Positions 23,069-52,593 of a DNA stretch of 64,000 bases are shown here, in pieces (within the stretch, counting starts at the first letter, position 1; every line of letters starts with the position of its first letter). The stretch lies in NCBI RefSeq assembly GCF_964188315.1, contig NC_135665.1, forward strand, positions 66,650,001-66,714,000. The letters run 5' to 3'. The notes under the pieces were generated by a model that saw only the letters and a program-made list of their open reading frames with translations, was not told where the DNA came from and did no database searches. This DNA comes from Podarcis muralis. Taxonomy: Eukaryota. The position numbers and the translations under genes are program-made.

Positions 23069-23392
23069 AACCGACAGACACAAAACACAGCCTTGGGGGA
23101 GATGAAGCTGGGAAGCCCCTCCCGCTTTTCACCACAGTAACCCCCCCCCCAACGACACTCTGGAAAAAAGGACAAGGGCAGGTCGGAGGCAGCGCCCCCT
23201 TCTCCATGGGAGAAATTCACACGCCAGACGGGGAGTGGGGCAGGGAGAGGGAGGGAGCCCAGCTGAAGAGCCCCCACCCCCGCTTGCACCCCAGACCTTC
23301 CAGCCAAAGGTCGCCCCCCCCCCCAAATCAGGATCATGCCTCTCTGAGGCCACACAGGGAGGAACAGGACACTCAGACACGCAGAGGAGCCC

Positions 23393-26300
23393 TCAGATGG
23401 TGAGGGAGTTGGCTCCCGGGACCTGGGAGACGGAGGAGGCCAGGAGCGGGTTGGTGGGCAGGACCTTGATGGGGAGGTCCCAGCTGAAGGTGTCCACGTC
23501 CATCTGCTCCACCCCCGACCACCGGGAGGCTTCTTCCAAGGGGGGGCCCTCCGGGGGGGCCTGCCGCTGCGACGCCTCGCGGGACGTCACAAACTCAAAG
23601 TGCAGCCGCCACTTCAGGGACACTGCAAAGAGGGGGTGCCATCAGCAGAGGCGCTCTGGGCTGCTCCCACGGAATAGCCCCCTCCACTCACCCCCCACCA
23701 GCAGGGAGAGCGGAACCGGCACTTGGCTCCCAGGTGTGGGGGGCCAGCAAGGACCCCTTCTGCTCAAACCAAGGGAAGCGAGAACATCTGGGGGCTCCCT
23801 CTGTCAGTGGGTGACAGCCAGCCAGGGGGCAGGGAGGAGGGGGTGCCCATGGGTCAGGGGTGCCAGGAGAGTGCCAGCTTGTGGCTGGTACAGGGGGGTC
23901 AAAGAGGTGCTTCCAGCAGCAGCCCCCTCTGGTTTAGGGGCACAGGAACCAGCCTCAGAGCTGGCGTACTGGACTGCCCAGCTTTGCCCCCTGGGCACTG
24001 ACTGGCAGCAGCTCTCTGCAGTTTGGTGCAAAAGGTTGACCCACCCATGCCCCTTCTGCCTGCAAAGCAGTCGCCCCCCTGAAAGCTGCCCAGCCCCTCC
24101 CTCCCGGGCCCTGGAAGGACTCACCGATGTTGGTGCTGAACCCCGGGGCAGAGCTGAGCGGGATGGGCAGGCTGAAGCTGGTGCGCGAGGTGTGCAGGCA
24201 GGACTCCTGGTGGCGGGCGTGGGTGCTGTAGGAGACGGGCTGCCCGCGCCGGTGCTGGAAGGCCTCCTGGATCCGCTCCTCCGTCTGCAGGCTCACCAGG
24301 TACTAGCGGCCAGAGAGCAGAGGGCAAGCCCAGAGGCCGGGTGAGCACCCGACTGGCACCCCACACCCTCGACTCACCCACCCACCCATTTTGCCATCCT
24401 GGAGGGCACACCCACCCCCCCAGCCTCACCTGCAGGCATGGGATGTCCCCTTCGGAGAAGTTGAAGGTGCCCACAATGTCCTCACCAATCTTGTAGACGG
24501 CCTTGAAGATGCAGAAGGTGCCCACTTTGCCGCGGGAATTGCTGATGTTGTACAAGTCTGGGAGCAAAGGGGGGGGGGGACTCAGTCGGGGGGGCGGGAG
24601 AGAAAAAGGTGTGCCCCCACCTGGAATTGAACATGGCTGCGCTCCCCCCGCCCAGTGAAAACCAGCTTCTTGTGCGGTGGCTGAATGAGGCACTGTGCCC
24701 CATGGCATGATGGGCACCTTAAGCCACACGGAAGAAGGAGCCAGCTCCTTTTCTGCTGCCCCAAAGGGGAGGCCCAGACCAAAGGATGCAAGGCCCAACG
24801 GGGATTCCAGCGAAATATCAGGAAGAACTTTCCAAGTCTCCCTTGTAATAAGGGCAACCTGGCGACTAGACTTTCTGTTTTTGTGCCCATAACCTAAGTT
24901 CCAGGAGTCACATGCAGGGTGGATAAAAATCAATGATTTAAAAAATAATAATTTAAATTGGATTTTTAAAAAATTTAAATTGGATTTTTAAAATAAAATG
25001 CTTTCGGAGGAAAAGTCTTTCTAAATATAGCTTTCTATTTAAGTTATATTGTAGTCCAAAAGCTATTCATCAGGAAATAAGGATTTGTTTTAAGTTTTTC
25101 ATGTGTGCTAAAACTCACTCTAAGTTTTTTTAAAAAAAATGTTTAACCACATCAGTTAACAAACATGGATACATCTGCTATAATGTTATTGTTTTAGTTA
25201 AATAAATTGTTCTTAAGGAAATTATTATTTTTCTCCTTCCGATAAAGTACAGCAGAAAAGTTGTCCCAAGTATAAACAGTTAACTTATTAAACCTCACAA
25301 TAATTTCATAATTATCTGTCTAGGTATTTCTAACAGTATAACCTAATCAGTAACTTTTTATATAACTGTAAAAACTACTCTGAAAATTTATTATTCTGAA
25401 AAGGAAACCTTCATCTGGTTGCAAATATTATGATTATATCAGCAAGAAGGAGTCTTTCTGTAAGAAAAAGGATTGAAATCAAGTCTTCCTGACTAGTGAT
25501 TGAAATCATGATTGAAATCAAATTGATTTAAATTGATATGATTTCATTCAAATCCACCCTGGTCACATGGCAAACAGCTTTTCTTTCTTTCTTTTTTACC
25601 ATTTCTCAACTTTATTTTCAGGGCAGGAGAGATTTCATTCCATTGTATTGAGCTTGGAAGATGCTCTGCTCATTTTCTCTTTGGGCTTTGAAGTAAGCAA
25701 ATAGATCTTCAAAGATGCTGAGCATGTACCCAACTCCATCGACAGGATCCTTGAACAGGGCCATTTCCCTCATTCGGGGAGACCCTTAAATTACCACGTC
25801 TAATTGAGTTTATTCCTGCTGCTCTTCCTATATTTCTTTTTTTGACAAATGGCTATCTCTCCCAGGGCAGGAGAGCCAGTGAACTGGGGGGGGGGGGGAG
25901 GCGACTTACGGAGGCTCCTTCTGGAGGTGGCCGCCATCAGCAGCTCAGTGGCCAAGTCGGCCAGCCGGGAATCCTTCTTGGCCCCCCCCTCCTCCTCCTC
26001 CAGGAAAGGGTTGGAGGGGGCCACGGCCTCGTCCTGGGGGCACTGGTAGTCCTTGAGTCCTGCGGAGGGAGAGGCAGCATGGGCTGTTTGGCGGGGAGGG
26101 GGCGTCAAGAGGTCCTCCCCCCCCCAATCCGGTCTGCGCAGGGACAGCCCCCCCCCCGCCTTACCATGCAGCACCAGCACCCGGAAGGGGACGCGCAGGA
26201 GCTTGATGGGCGAGTTGACCCTCTGGCAGCCGATGGTCAGCTTGTAGACGTACTTGACCGCCTGCCCCCGGAAGGAGGGGGGGCCGTCCACCGGCAGCGT

Positions 26301-29300
26301 CTCGCAGTACGAGTCTGGGGAAAGGGGGGCTGTGAGCTTGGGCTCCCATGGCTGGGTGGGAGGGGGCAGCCGGCCGGAGGAGGAGAAGAGCAAATGAAAA
26401 AGCCTTGCACTGTCGCGGGGTGGGATGGATGACCCGTGGGGTCCCTTTCAACTCTTATTCTGACTCCGAAAGGGCCCAGTTCAAAGTGCAGGGCCACGGG
26501 GCTGCCTCCCCAGAAGGCCTCTCCATGTGCCCCGGGATCCTTCTTGAGCAAGCCCCCCAACACCCTCGGTCTGAAAAGCAGGGGGCAGATCTGAGCACGC
26601 TGGGGGGGGGTCTTCCACATGCCCCTTCCCCACCTTTTTAGAGACTCCCAACCGGGCAGAGGCCGGGTTTTGTTTTTTGGGGGGGGAGGGGGCGGCAGGC
26701 AGGTTGGGGCAGTGAAGCCCGTGAGGCAATGCTGGGTTAGGTGGGGCTGAGGCTGCCCTGGCCTCCCCCCGGGGGTCTCAGCCCCACTGCCTGATCACCT
26801 CTGGGCGGCAATGGAAGTGGGAAAGTGGGGCTGGCGTGTGGGGAGCCCAGAGCCCTTCCCCACAGGAGAGGTCATCCCTCGCCTCCGCCCAGCCCCGCCT
26901 GGGGGCTCCCCAGCACCCCTCCCCTAGGGTGGGGGGCAAGGCAGAGGGGCGAGAAGGGGCTACTCACAGGTCTTGGACTCTCCTGGATCCAGTCGCAAGT
27001 CACAGAAGAGGATCTTTGGGGGGGTGGACAGGATGCAGTGGCCCCGCTCCCCTGCAAGGCAAAAGGGGCCGTGGGCACAGACTCACGCCCAGGACTACCC
27101 TGGCAGGCTCTCCTGCCTTCTCACCGGCCCCCAAGTGACACCCCCCCCTGCCCTGCCCCTCCTCTAGGCCAAGGAAGGAAGCTCTCTGGAAGGAGCTCAG
27201 CCTCACCTCTGTTGGGGACAAAAACCGTCTCGTTCTCGGCCTGGACGTCGTGCCGGCTGTCTTCCGAAGGGGGCAGAGCCACCCGGCTCTCGCTGGCGTG
27301 GAACTGGCAGTGGATCTGAGCGCTGGCCCAGGCCAGCATTTCACTGGGGGGGGGGAGAGAAAGGGGGGCAGGCCGTGAGGGAGACGGAGCAAAGACCCAG
27401 GGGAAGAAGGCCCATGAACATGAGGAGAGCCTGCAGCTGGATCAGGCCCACCCACTCCAGCATGCTGCTCTCACACTGGCCAGCCAGGTGCCTAGGATGG
27501 GGAACCCCCAAAGAAGATTGGAGCAGAACAGCAACTCCCTCCCCTCCTGGGTGCTTGAGCTGAGATTCCTGCATTGCAGGGGGGTGGACTAGATGGCCCT
27601 CGGGGGCCCTTCCAGGAGTCTACGATTTGGTTTCCAGCATGTGGGATTCAGAAGCGTTCCTGCCTCTAACCCGGGAGGCAGTGCACAGCTGTTCTGACTA
27701 GGAGACCTCGATGGCCCTCTCCTCCTCCGTGGTGAGAGAAGGCAAGCGCAGCCTGAAAGACATCCCAGCTCAGGGGTGTCTGTGTGTTTTCCTCATTCAT
27801 TCAGATTTCCCAGATCTGAAAGTGCCACCTGCTCTCAGTGGTGAAGCTGCATGCTCTGGCACCGGGGTGGAGAGCAGGTGGGGGCATGGCACGTTGCCCG
27901 CAGGGGCGTGGCGTGCGTCCTGGGGGCATGGTGCCCAACACGATGGGGGGTGCACAGCACGTGTCTGGGGGGGCAGCCGCGATGGTACCCCCCTCCCCGA
28001 TGGTGCTGGGGGCAGTGTGCTCACCCATCCCCCCCCCCCGCCAGTGCCCGCTCTCTGCAGAGGAGCCCCCCACCCAGACAGCTCAGGGCTTTCTGCTGCC
28101 TCTTCCCAGGAAAAAGGCTGGCAAGCTGGAACCCAGCGCTTTCCAGACCCCTTGGGGGCAGAGGACCCCCTAGACCATGCTCCTGTGGTGTCTGGAGGAA
28201 CCCCAGCCCCTCTTCCTCCCTTCCCAGCACCGCACACCAGGTAGGAAAACAACACAAACCTTGTGATGAGGAACCTAACTATCTAGATCACCCCCAGGTG
28301 ATCTGTTCCCACATTCCTCACAAACCTGGGCAGGTTTCAAAAGCCACAGAGGGTCTGAGGCCACAAGGTGCCCCTCAAGAATAAATGGGGCTCAAGCCTG
28401 GAGTGGAGGTGACCGGCTGGCCCAAGCGGGAGAAGAGGGGAAATGCCCTGGCGGGGCTCTGGGAATATTTTCGGGGAGCCTCGAGGGGATGATCCCAGAA
28501 GCATGCTTGGAAAACAACGCTCCAAAAATCCCTGATGGTGGAGGACAAGCTCACCTGGTCTGCCAGCCCCTCTCTCTAACACTTTCCGGGACTTCTACTA
28601 TTTATTAACAAAACAAAACAAAAGTGCAAATTTGACCAATAACCTAAATAATCAAGACTCCAAACCATAAAACGTCACAGCCCAGAAGGGCATAAGTACA
28701 AAACCAGAGGACAGCTCCAAAGGGATAATAAAGTATTAACTCATACAAGGGTCCCCTTTACAATTCATTATAAAAATGAGAGTATTCTCTGGCTGTGAAA
28801 CTGCACCATTATTCAGATTAAAGGTTCAATATGGTCTTAAATGCGCCAGAAATTAGCTGATACAGGTGAGAGCGGGTGACTTGCGTGCCTCAATTTTTGT
28901 ATAGAAAATAAAGTCATATTAAAAACCAGTCATTCGAGCTGCACCCTTTTCAAGAAGGGCAACTTGCCAAACCCTGGAATGCCAGAAATCCAAATTATCA
29001 AGATTAAAGGTCTTCCGGGATTCGAAAACACAGCCCTGGGCTGCAGTAAAGAGGTGAAAAGTTCTTTCCTTTTCACATCCCATTCTGTTTCCTTCCACAT
29101 AGAGGCTCAAAGATGGGAGCACTTTCACAGAAACATTCTGCAGCACAGGAGACAGGAAGCTTGTGGCACCCCAGAGTGAGCTGAGAGCCACAAAACTGTT
29201 CTGCCAGGTGACTATGGGCTGCAGCGCTCACCCCCCTGGCACTGCACCAAGCTGGTCCCAGCCACTGAGAGGTCCAGGAGAACTGGGGGGGGGGGGTCCC

Positions 29301-32300
29301 CTTCCCGCTGTCCATCTCCCAGCACAAGTCACCCACCAGGGAGACCCCAGTTGGATTCCACCTCACAGGCTGCCTTGAAACCGTCAGCACCAGGTTCCTG
29401 CACCTGAAGGGCCCCCCTCACAAAGGAGGCTCCAGCAGAGGCAGAAACGGGGTGTGTTTGGCCTGGGGTGCCAGCCAAGGCCTCTCCACAGGCACCCCAG
29501 CCGCACGCAGGCTAAGTGCAAGGAGCGCCTGGCAGATATTGGAGACCATGGACCCAAAACTCCAAAAGTCTGCTTCTCCTCGCCTTCCACACTCTGCCAG
29601 TGACTCCCCCCACGGCCGCTGGGGTCCTTGTCTTGCTGCTATGAGCTGCTTTTTAATGACTTTGCCATTAGCCACTCAGAAGGTCTTTCTGACCAAAAGA
29701 TCAAAATAAAAACACCGTAAATAAAACAACCATTTCTGCATCAAATGGAAGTGGGGGAAAGGCGGGGGTCCTGAGAGGCCGCAGAAGGAGGCTTTTGCAA
29801 AGCCACAGGAAGCCAGAACTGCCCCCGGGAAGGCAGACCCACTTGGCTGCCACAGCTGCTCCCTTTGGGGTGGCCAGGATGTGCCCCGGGAGATTGACAG
29901 AAGCAAAGAGGGTCTGGGCCAGCCCTTATCACACTTGACTGCCCCCCACCCTCAGGCTCCAGGAGATGGCTGCCACCCGGTTCATGCCGGCGCCAGATGA
30001 CTGGGAGGAGAAAAACCAGCAGGGTGACATGAGAGCAACCCAGTCAGATGGGGGGCTACCTATTGTTATTATTCTACTGTGCACCAAACCCAACCTGCTG
30101 CCCTCCCTTGCTGGGTGTCTCCTTTCTGCACCACACAGATTTAATAGACACAGAGTTGGGCGGGATCCTGGGGTCATCTAGTCCAACCCCCTGCGATGCA
30201 GGAGTGGCAACCGCAAAGCCCATCAACAGCCCGCACAGGCCGGCCGGCTGAAAAACAAATACCCCGCCTGAGGACCTGGGCACCTCAAGAAAAGTGTCCA
30301 AACTGGTCAAGCCAGCTTCACCGCATGACCAGGCTGGCCGGCCGTGGAGAAGCATCTGTCTCGGATCTGGTAGGTGACAAGGAAGGCAGCCATCCCACGT
30401 CAGGGCCTGAGGCCAGAAGCGGGAGGGCAGGGGAGGGGAGGGCTGCCAATCCAGCTGGCACGCACAGGCCGGGCTCAACCAAACACCCACGGAACTCCTT
30501 TCTGAGGAGACCAGCATCTTCCAGGACAGGCCGGCTGGGCGAAGGCCGCCCCAAGGAAGCCTGCAGAGGACCCCCTCCTCCTGAGGGAGCCCCGGCCACA
30601 GTGCTGAGGGGATGCGGGCCCCCATTGGCCTGCTGCTGCCACTGCCACCCCCGGCAGCATGGGCACAGAGCAGGCAGCATGGCAACCTTAAAGGCCTGTG
30701 GCAATGCAGCAAAATGGAGCCCAGGCTGGCACAGCCAGTGGAGGTGGCCGCTCTTGGCTGCTCTGAACTGGGTGGGGAAGCCTTAATGGATCTCTGTGTA
30801 CTTTCAGCACTTATCTGTACAGTACTGTACTTTCTCAAGTCCTTAACTGCTCCCAGGTTCACCTGCTCAATTGCCACATAAAAGATTGCATCAGTTGTTG
30901 GGGCAGCCTCAAGAACAGCCTCCCTCTCTCGATTCCGGGAGGTAGCCGTCTTGGTCTGACGCAGTCAAAAGAAATTAAAAAATTAAAAATTGTCCAGTAG
31001 CACCTTCGAGACCAACTAAGTTTGTTCTGGGTATAATCTTTCGTGTGCATCTGAAGAACGGTGCATGCACACGAAAGCTTAGACCCAAAACAAACGTAGT
31101 TGGTCTCGAAGGTGCTACTGGACAATTTTCTAATGTTTATTTAGCCTCCCTCTCGCACAAGAGGCAGCGCCAACCCTGCGGAGGGGGCCTGGCGCCAGGC
31201 TCAGGAAGAGAGCCCCGAGGCCACAGCTCCCCAGCCCTGCCTCAGAGTCCTGCAGCCTTTGGCCACGCGGCTCCCCGTGAGGGGCAAGGAGCCTCCCTGG
31301 ACCTCAGCGCATCCGGTCAGCGAGCCAAGGCCTGGCAAGACCCCTAACTCCCTGCCTGGCCTGACTTGCCTCACTGGTCTCCCCCACTGATCCCATCCTT
31401 TAAAGAAATAGATCCCTGCACTGGATCTGTCCAGTCCAGAATCCGGTTCTCCAGGCGGCCTGAGCTCACGGTGCCTCTTCTGGGAAGCCCCAAGGAGGAC
31501 ATGAGTCCCTGCTTTCAAGGGGGTGTCGACGCTCCCCACAAATGCCTCAGAAGACAGGCCTACCCCTTCGGGGAAATGTGGTGGCTGAGCAGAGGTGAGG
31601 CCTGGCGGGTAGACCTGCCCACTAAGAAACTTGCCCTGCAGAGGGTTGGACTAGAAGACCCCTGGGGACCCCTCTACCTCTGTGATCCACCCTTTCTCAG
31701 TGAGTCAGCCCAGCTTCCAGGTTGCTCTTTCAACCCACAGGGAGCCTCCCACCCCCCCAGCAAGCCCTTTATGAATGGCACTGCTGATGCAATCAACTCT
31801 GCACCCCCCTCCCCCCAAAATGCCAACACGGCAACACTGGACATGCCCTGCCCTAAACTGGGATACCCGCACTGGATTTCCTTGCAAGGCTGGCGTAATC
31901 CACACTCGCTCAGCCACAGCCCTACAATGATGGGACTTGTTCTGCCCTGGCAAGAGAATTTTTTAAAATGTTTACAATCTCAGAAAAATATTCTTTTGGG
32001 GTGAAATAAACTCAAGAATTTAAAAGAGTATGAACTGAATTGACACTCAGTCCCGGACCTCTTTGAATTGCTTTCCTATTTCTCCACCAGCAAAAACAAG
32101 CAGAAAATTACAAGTTCCTTCTCTATATAATGGGCGTTTCATACTCATCTTCTCTTGGCCTAATTGGCTGGATCCACCTTCCTGAATGTCAATCATTGAG
32201 ACGGCTTCATCCATTGGCTAGAAGCACCATCAACCAGGAAGAAGCAAAGAGCCCTTTGGCCTCCACGCTTTCGCTCTCATCTGCGTGCAAAACTCCCCTT

Positions 32301-33298
32301 GTTCGAGGCGCATTTTGCAGCAGGGAATTTCATTAGCGTGAGCAGTTTCTGATCTCTGGGTGCAAAACTGGGCCTAAGATTTCAGATCAAAACTGCAGAA
32401 TGGAAGGAGAGGGGGACCTTTTTCTGCCTCCCTGCTTCCAGCTACTCTCCAAAGACTGGAGAAGAGACCCTCTTAAGAATACTAGGGGGGTGGGCAGGGC
32501 CAGATTTAGGTTTGATGAGGCCCAGCTATCCTTTGTCAACAACAAATTGTTGCTGTTTTTTGTGTTGAATATATGCTTTATGGTAATTTATGGACCTCAT
32601 AGGTATCTAAAACCATTTGCACATGCAGAATGGAGGCACCCTATATATAGAAAGGAGCAAACCAGGGATATTTGAGGGAGCAGGTGGGGCTCATTTCTTA
32701 CTTCATAGGAGCCAACACAACACAAAAGACGGTTCCTGTATGTAGGTTTTTTCTATTTGTTTTTTATCTTCTATTTTGTAAATGTACATCCAGGGTTTTT
32801 TCCTTTTAATTTTTTTTTTGGGGGGGGCAAGAGAGTGGGGCCCTGAGCTAGAGCTTGTTGAGCTTATATGTACTGGGGAAAGGACTAGACGGGGCTTCCT
32901 CAACCTCGGCCCTCCAGATGTTTTGAGACTACAATTCCCATCACCCCCGACCACTGGTCCTGCTAGCGAGGGATCCTGGGAGTTGTAGGCTTCTTTTCTT
33001 TTCTGCTTCTAAAAAAGCGCCCCTGGACACCCCACGAGCTCCGCTTCAGGCGCCCTTCGGCTCCTCCCTTGCCCCCCACCTCGCTTGCTTGGCGCGTTTC
33101 TCGTGCAAGAGGCGGACGCGACGGAGAAATGCCCCCGCTCGCCGGCCCTCGGCCCTCCCTCCCTCCGGCCCTCGGGCTCTACCTGGAGGCGGAGGTGGCG
33201 TCGGGCGGCAGCGGGTTGCGCAGCGTGACCAGGCACTCGAGCGGCTCCCCGGCCAGGAAGACCGCCCCGCGGAGCAGCGCCGCCGACACCTCGATCAT
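23393..33298 (-). CDS. RGP1: RAB6A GEF complex partner RGP1, 390 aa. Exons 33298-33183, 27343-27207, 27051-26968, 26314-26165, 26059-25910, 24557-24430, 24302-24125, 23622-23393.
   Basis: [25 protein letters not shown]..., [91 protein letters not shown] all match remembered RGP1. Exon lengths 116+137+84+150+150+128+178+230=1173 nt, all GT-AG, frame intact. Confidence 0.97.
24915..25561 (+). mobile_element. Non-autonomous hAT DNA transposon, RGP1 intron 5
   Basis: TIRs CAGGGTGGAT/ATCCACCCTG; perfect 8-bp TSD GTCACATG; AT-rich body homologous to 46363-46980. Confidence 0.9.
28585..29020 (-). mobile_element. Probable L1/Tx1-like 3' remnant
   Basis: AT-rich, T-rich tail on the minus strand, degenerate ...GAARMTGF motif. 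Confidence 0.4.
30929..31142. mobile_element. Penelope-like palindromic insertion with degenerate hammerhead core, RGP1 intron 1
   Basis: Inverted arms about 30987-31050 and 31061-31128; CTGAAGAA...CACACGAAAGCTT on the plus strand; 12-bp TSD AGCCTCCCTCTC (30917-30928, 31143-31154). Confidence 0.75.
32495..32873 (+). mobile_element. hAT MITE, 3'-truncated
   Basis: Starts CAGGGCCAGATTTA; homologous to 36016-36461. Confidence 0.8.
32888..32990 (+). mobile_element. Short lizard hAT-type MITE fragment
   Basis: ggcttcctcaacctcggccctccagatgttttgagactacaattcccatca..gggagttgtagg. Confidence 0.75.
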
Positions 33299-33647
33299 GG
33301 CGAGGGACCCAGGCGTCCGGGAGGGGAGAGCGCCAAGGGGACCGGCCCGCCTCCCACCGAGGCCCCGCTCGGCTCTCCTCGGAAGCGCCCGCCCGGAGGC
33401 CCCGCCCACCCTGCCTGCCTTCGGCCCAGCTCGGCTCTTTCCGCCTCCGCGATCCCCGCCCGCGAACCATCCTCGGCCGAGCTCGGCTCTTTCCGCCTCC
33501 GCCGCGCCGTTGCCGGCTCTCCTGGCTGCTCCGCCCCGTCGGGCGGGCGGGAGGCGGAGGGCCGTTGCTGGCCGAGCCGCGTCCGAGCGGGGAGCTGCAG
33601 ACTCGCCCTGCCGGCCGGGCACGCGCAGCTGGGCGCCGCTCCCCCCG

Positions 33648-51104
<17,457 letters not shown>

Positions 51105-51546
51105 AGCGGGTGTGGGGGTCCCACAACTGGCCAGCCAGGAAGGAGGGGCCTGTGGGTGGGGCTGCTGCCACCTCCCTGTTGGGCAAGGCCCCCCTAGTGT
51201 CCTTCAGCATGTGGGGGGGTCCTGCATGGCTGAGCCGCTCCCCAGCGGCGGGGGGGGGGGTCTTGTTGCTGCACGGTGTGTATGAAGGATCTTTCTCTGC
51301 CCCCCCCCTTTCTGACGGCCCTTTCCTCTTGGGGTCAGTGGCAGGTGTCCCTGCCCGCCCCCGCCCCCCCCCCCAGTTCACAAGAGGAGCGGTGCTCCCT
51401 TTTCAAGGGGGGGTGGAGGAAGGGGCCCTTCACCACCTGCTCCCCCCCCCTTTTCTCTCCTACGATTGATTTGCACACAATCAAGCTCTGTACAATCTGG
51501 GGGCTGCCCCAGAGTTATTTTTAGATGCAGAATAATTTTAATTTAA

Positions 51547-51552
51547 AATAAA
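51547..51552 (+). terminator. Proximal polyadenylation signal of GBA2
   Basis: AATAAA about 440 nt after the stop, followed by GT/T-rich downstream sequence. Confidence 0.65.
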
Positions 51553-51902
51553 CAGTTGTTGGCGAGGGTGGGGCTCTCTGTGTATTTTTGTGGGCGGGTG
51601 TCTGTTGTTCCAGGTGTGCTTTTAGGGGGTGGGGCTGACCCCCCCCCTCCCCTGGCCATTCCTGGGGCTTGGCTGGCCTGTTGGGTCTGTGGCCCAGCAT
51701 AGCTCCCTAAATGCGGGGAGGGGGCTGCATCAGCGTCCTGCTCCCCCCCCCAGTGATCCTCTGTCTTTCCAGGGAGTGCCTGCCTCTCGGCCTTCTCCAG
51801 GGGGGTCGTGGGGTGGGGTCTGGCTCCCCTCTGGGATGCCAATGCGCAAATAGTAGGCTAGCCTTGAGAGTGATTTCTCTTTGACAATGGTGGGAAAGTT
51901 TC

Positions 51903-51908
51903 TTTATT
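51903..51908 (-). terminator. Candidate polyadenylation signal of the avidin gene
   Basis: First minus-strand AATAAA seen after the stop at 52594 (about 690 nt). Confidence 0.5.
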
Positions 51909-52059
51909 GGTTTTTCGGGCATGAGCCCATGAGACAGAGAATTTAAAAGAAAGTTTAAGAATACAGAGAGGCCAATAAAAAGCCCTGAGCAAGCACAGTG
52001 AACAAACTATTGGCAACCGCTGCACCAGACGTCTCCCCCACCAAGTGCACTCTCTAGCG

Positions 52060-52327
52060 CAGGGGTCGGCAAGGTTTTCCTCGCCTGGGCTGCTTCACTC
52101 CAGCAGAGAAACCTCCGTGGGTCAGAGCGCATGCACGGCCACAGTGTCGTGAGTCTGCGCAGACACCATTTCCGGTGCCACAGAAGTGAGTCCTCCCACT
52201 GTGTTGGTTTAGCGCAGCGCGCGGGGACTCGCCAAGCAGGCGGCTCAATTTGGGGGCGGCTCGTGGGCTGGTTAAACAACCCCCGTGGGCCGCTTGTGGC
52301 CCATAGGCCTTAGGTTGCTGACCCCTG
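52060..52327 (+). mobile_element. hAT MITE in the presumptive avidin 3' UTR
   Basis: CAGGGGTCGGCAA...TTGCTGACCCCTG; perfect 8-bp TSD CTCTAGCG. Confidence 0.88.
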
Positions 52328-52593
52328 CTCTAGCGAGTGCAATGGTGAGCCCTTCTTGAGCCACCCTTGGCCAAACCGGGAGGGGGGGCTGCAGGCTGGT
52401 GGGGGGGGGTGACCAAAAGCGAGACACACAACATATGCGCACGCACACGCAACCCCTGAGGGGGGGGATTTTTGTCCTTCCCCATAGAAGAGGCCAGAGG
52501 GGCAGTGCTGGTGGAGTGCAGAGGGAGGGGGAGCCATCTTCTAGCTGGTCCTACGCATGAGTAGCAGAAGCAGGCCCGGATCCTGGTTCCTTG

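Noticed and set aside
28262-28360. GTGATGA...CTGA resembling a C/D snoRNA
   Set aside because: Antisense to the RGP1 intron, weak terminal stem, no recognisable guide.
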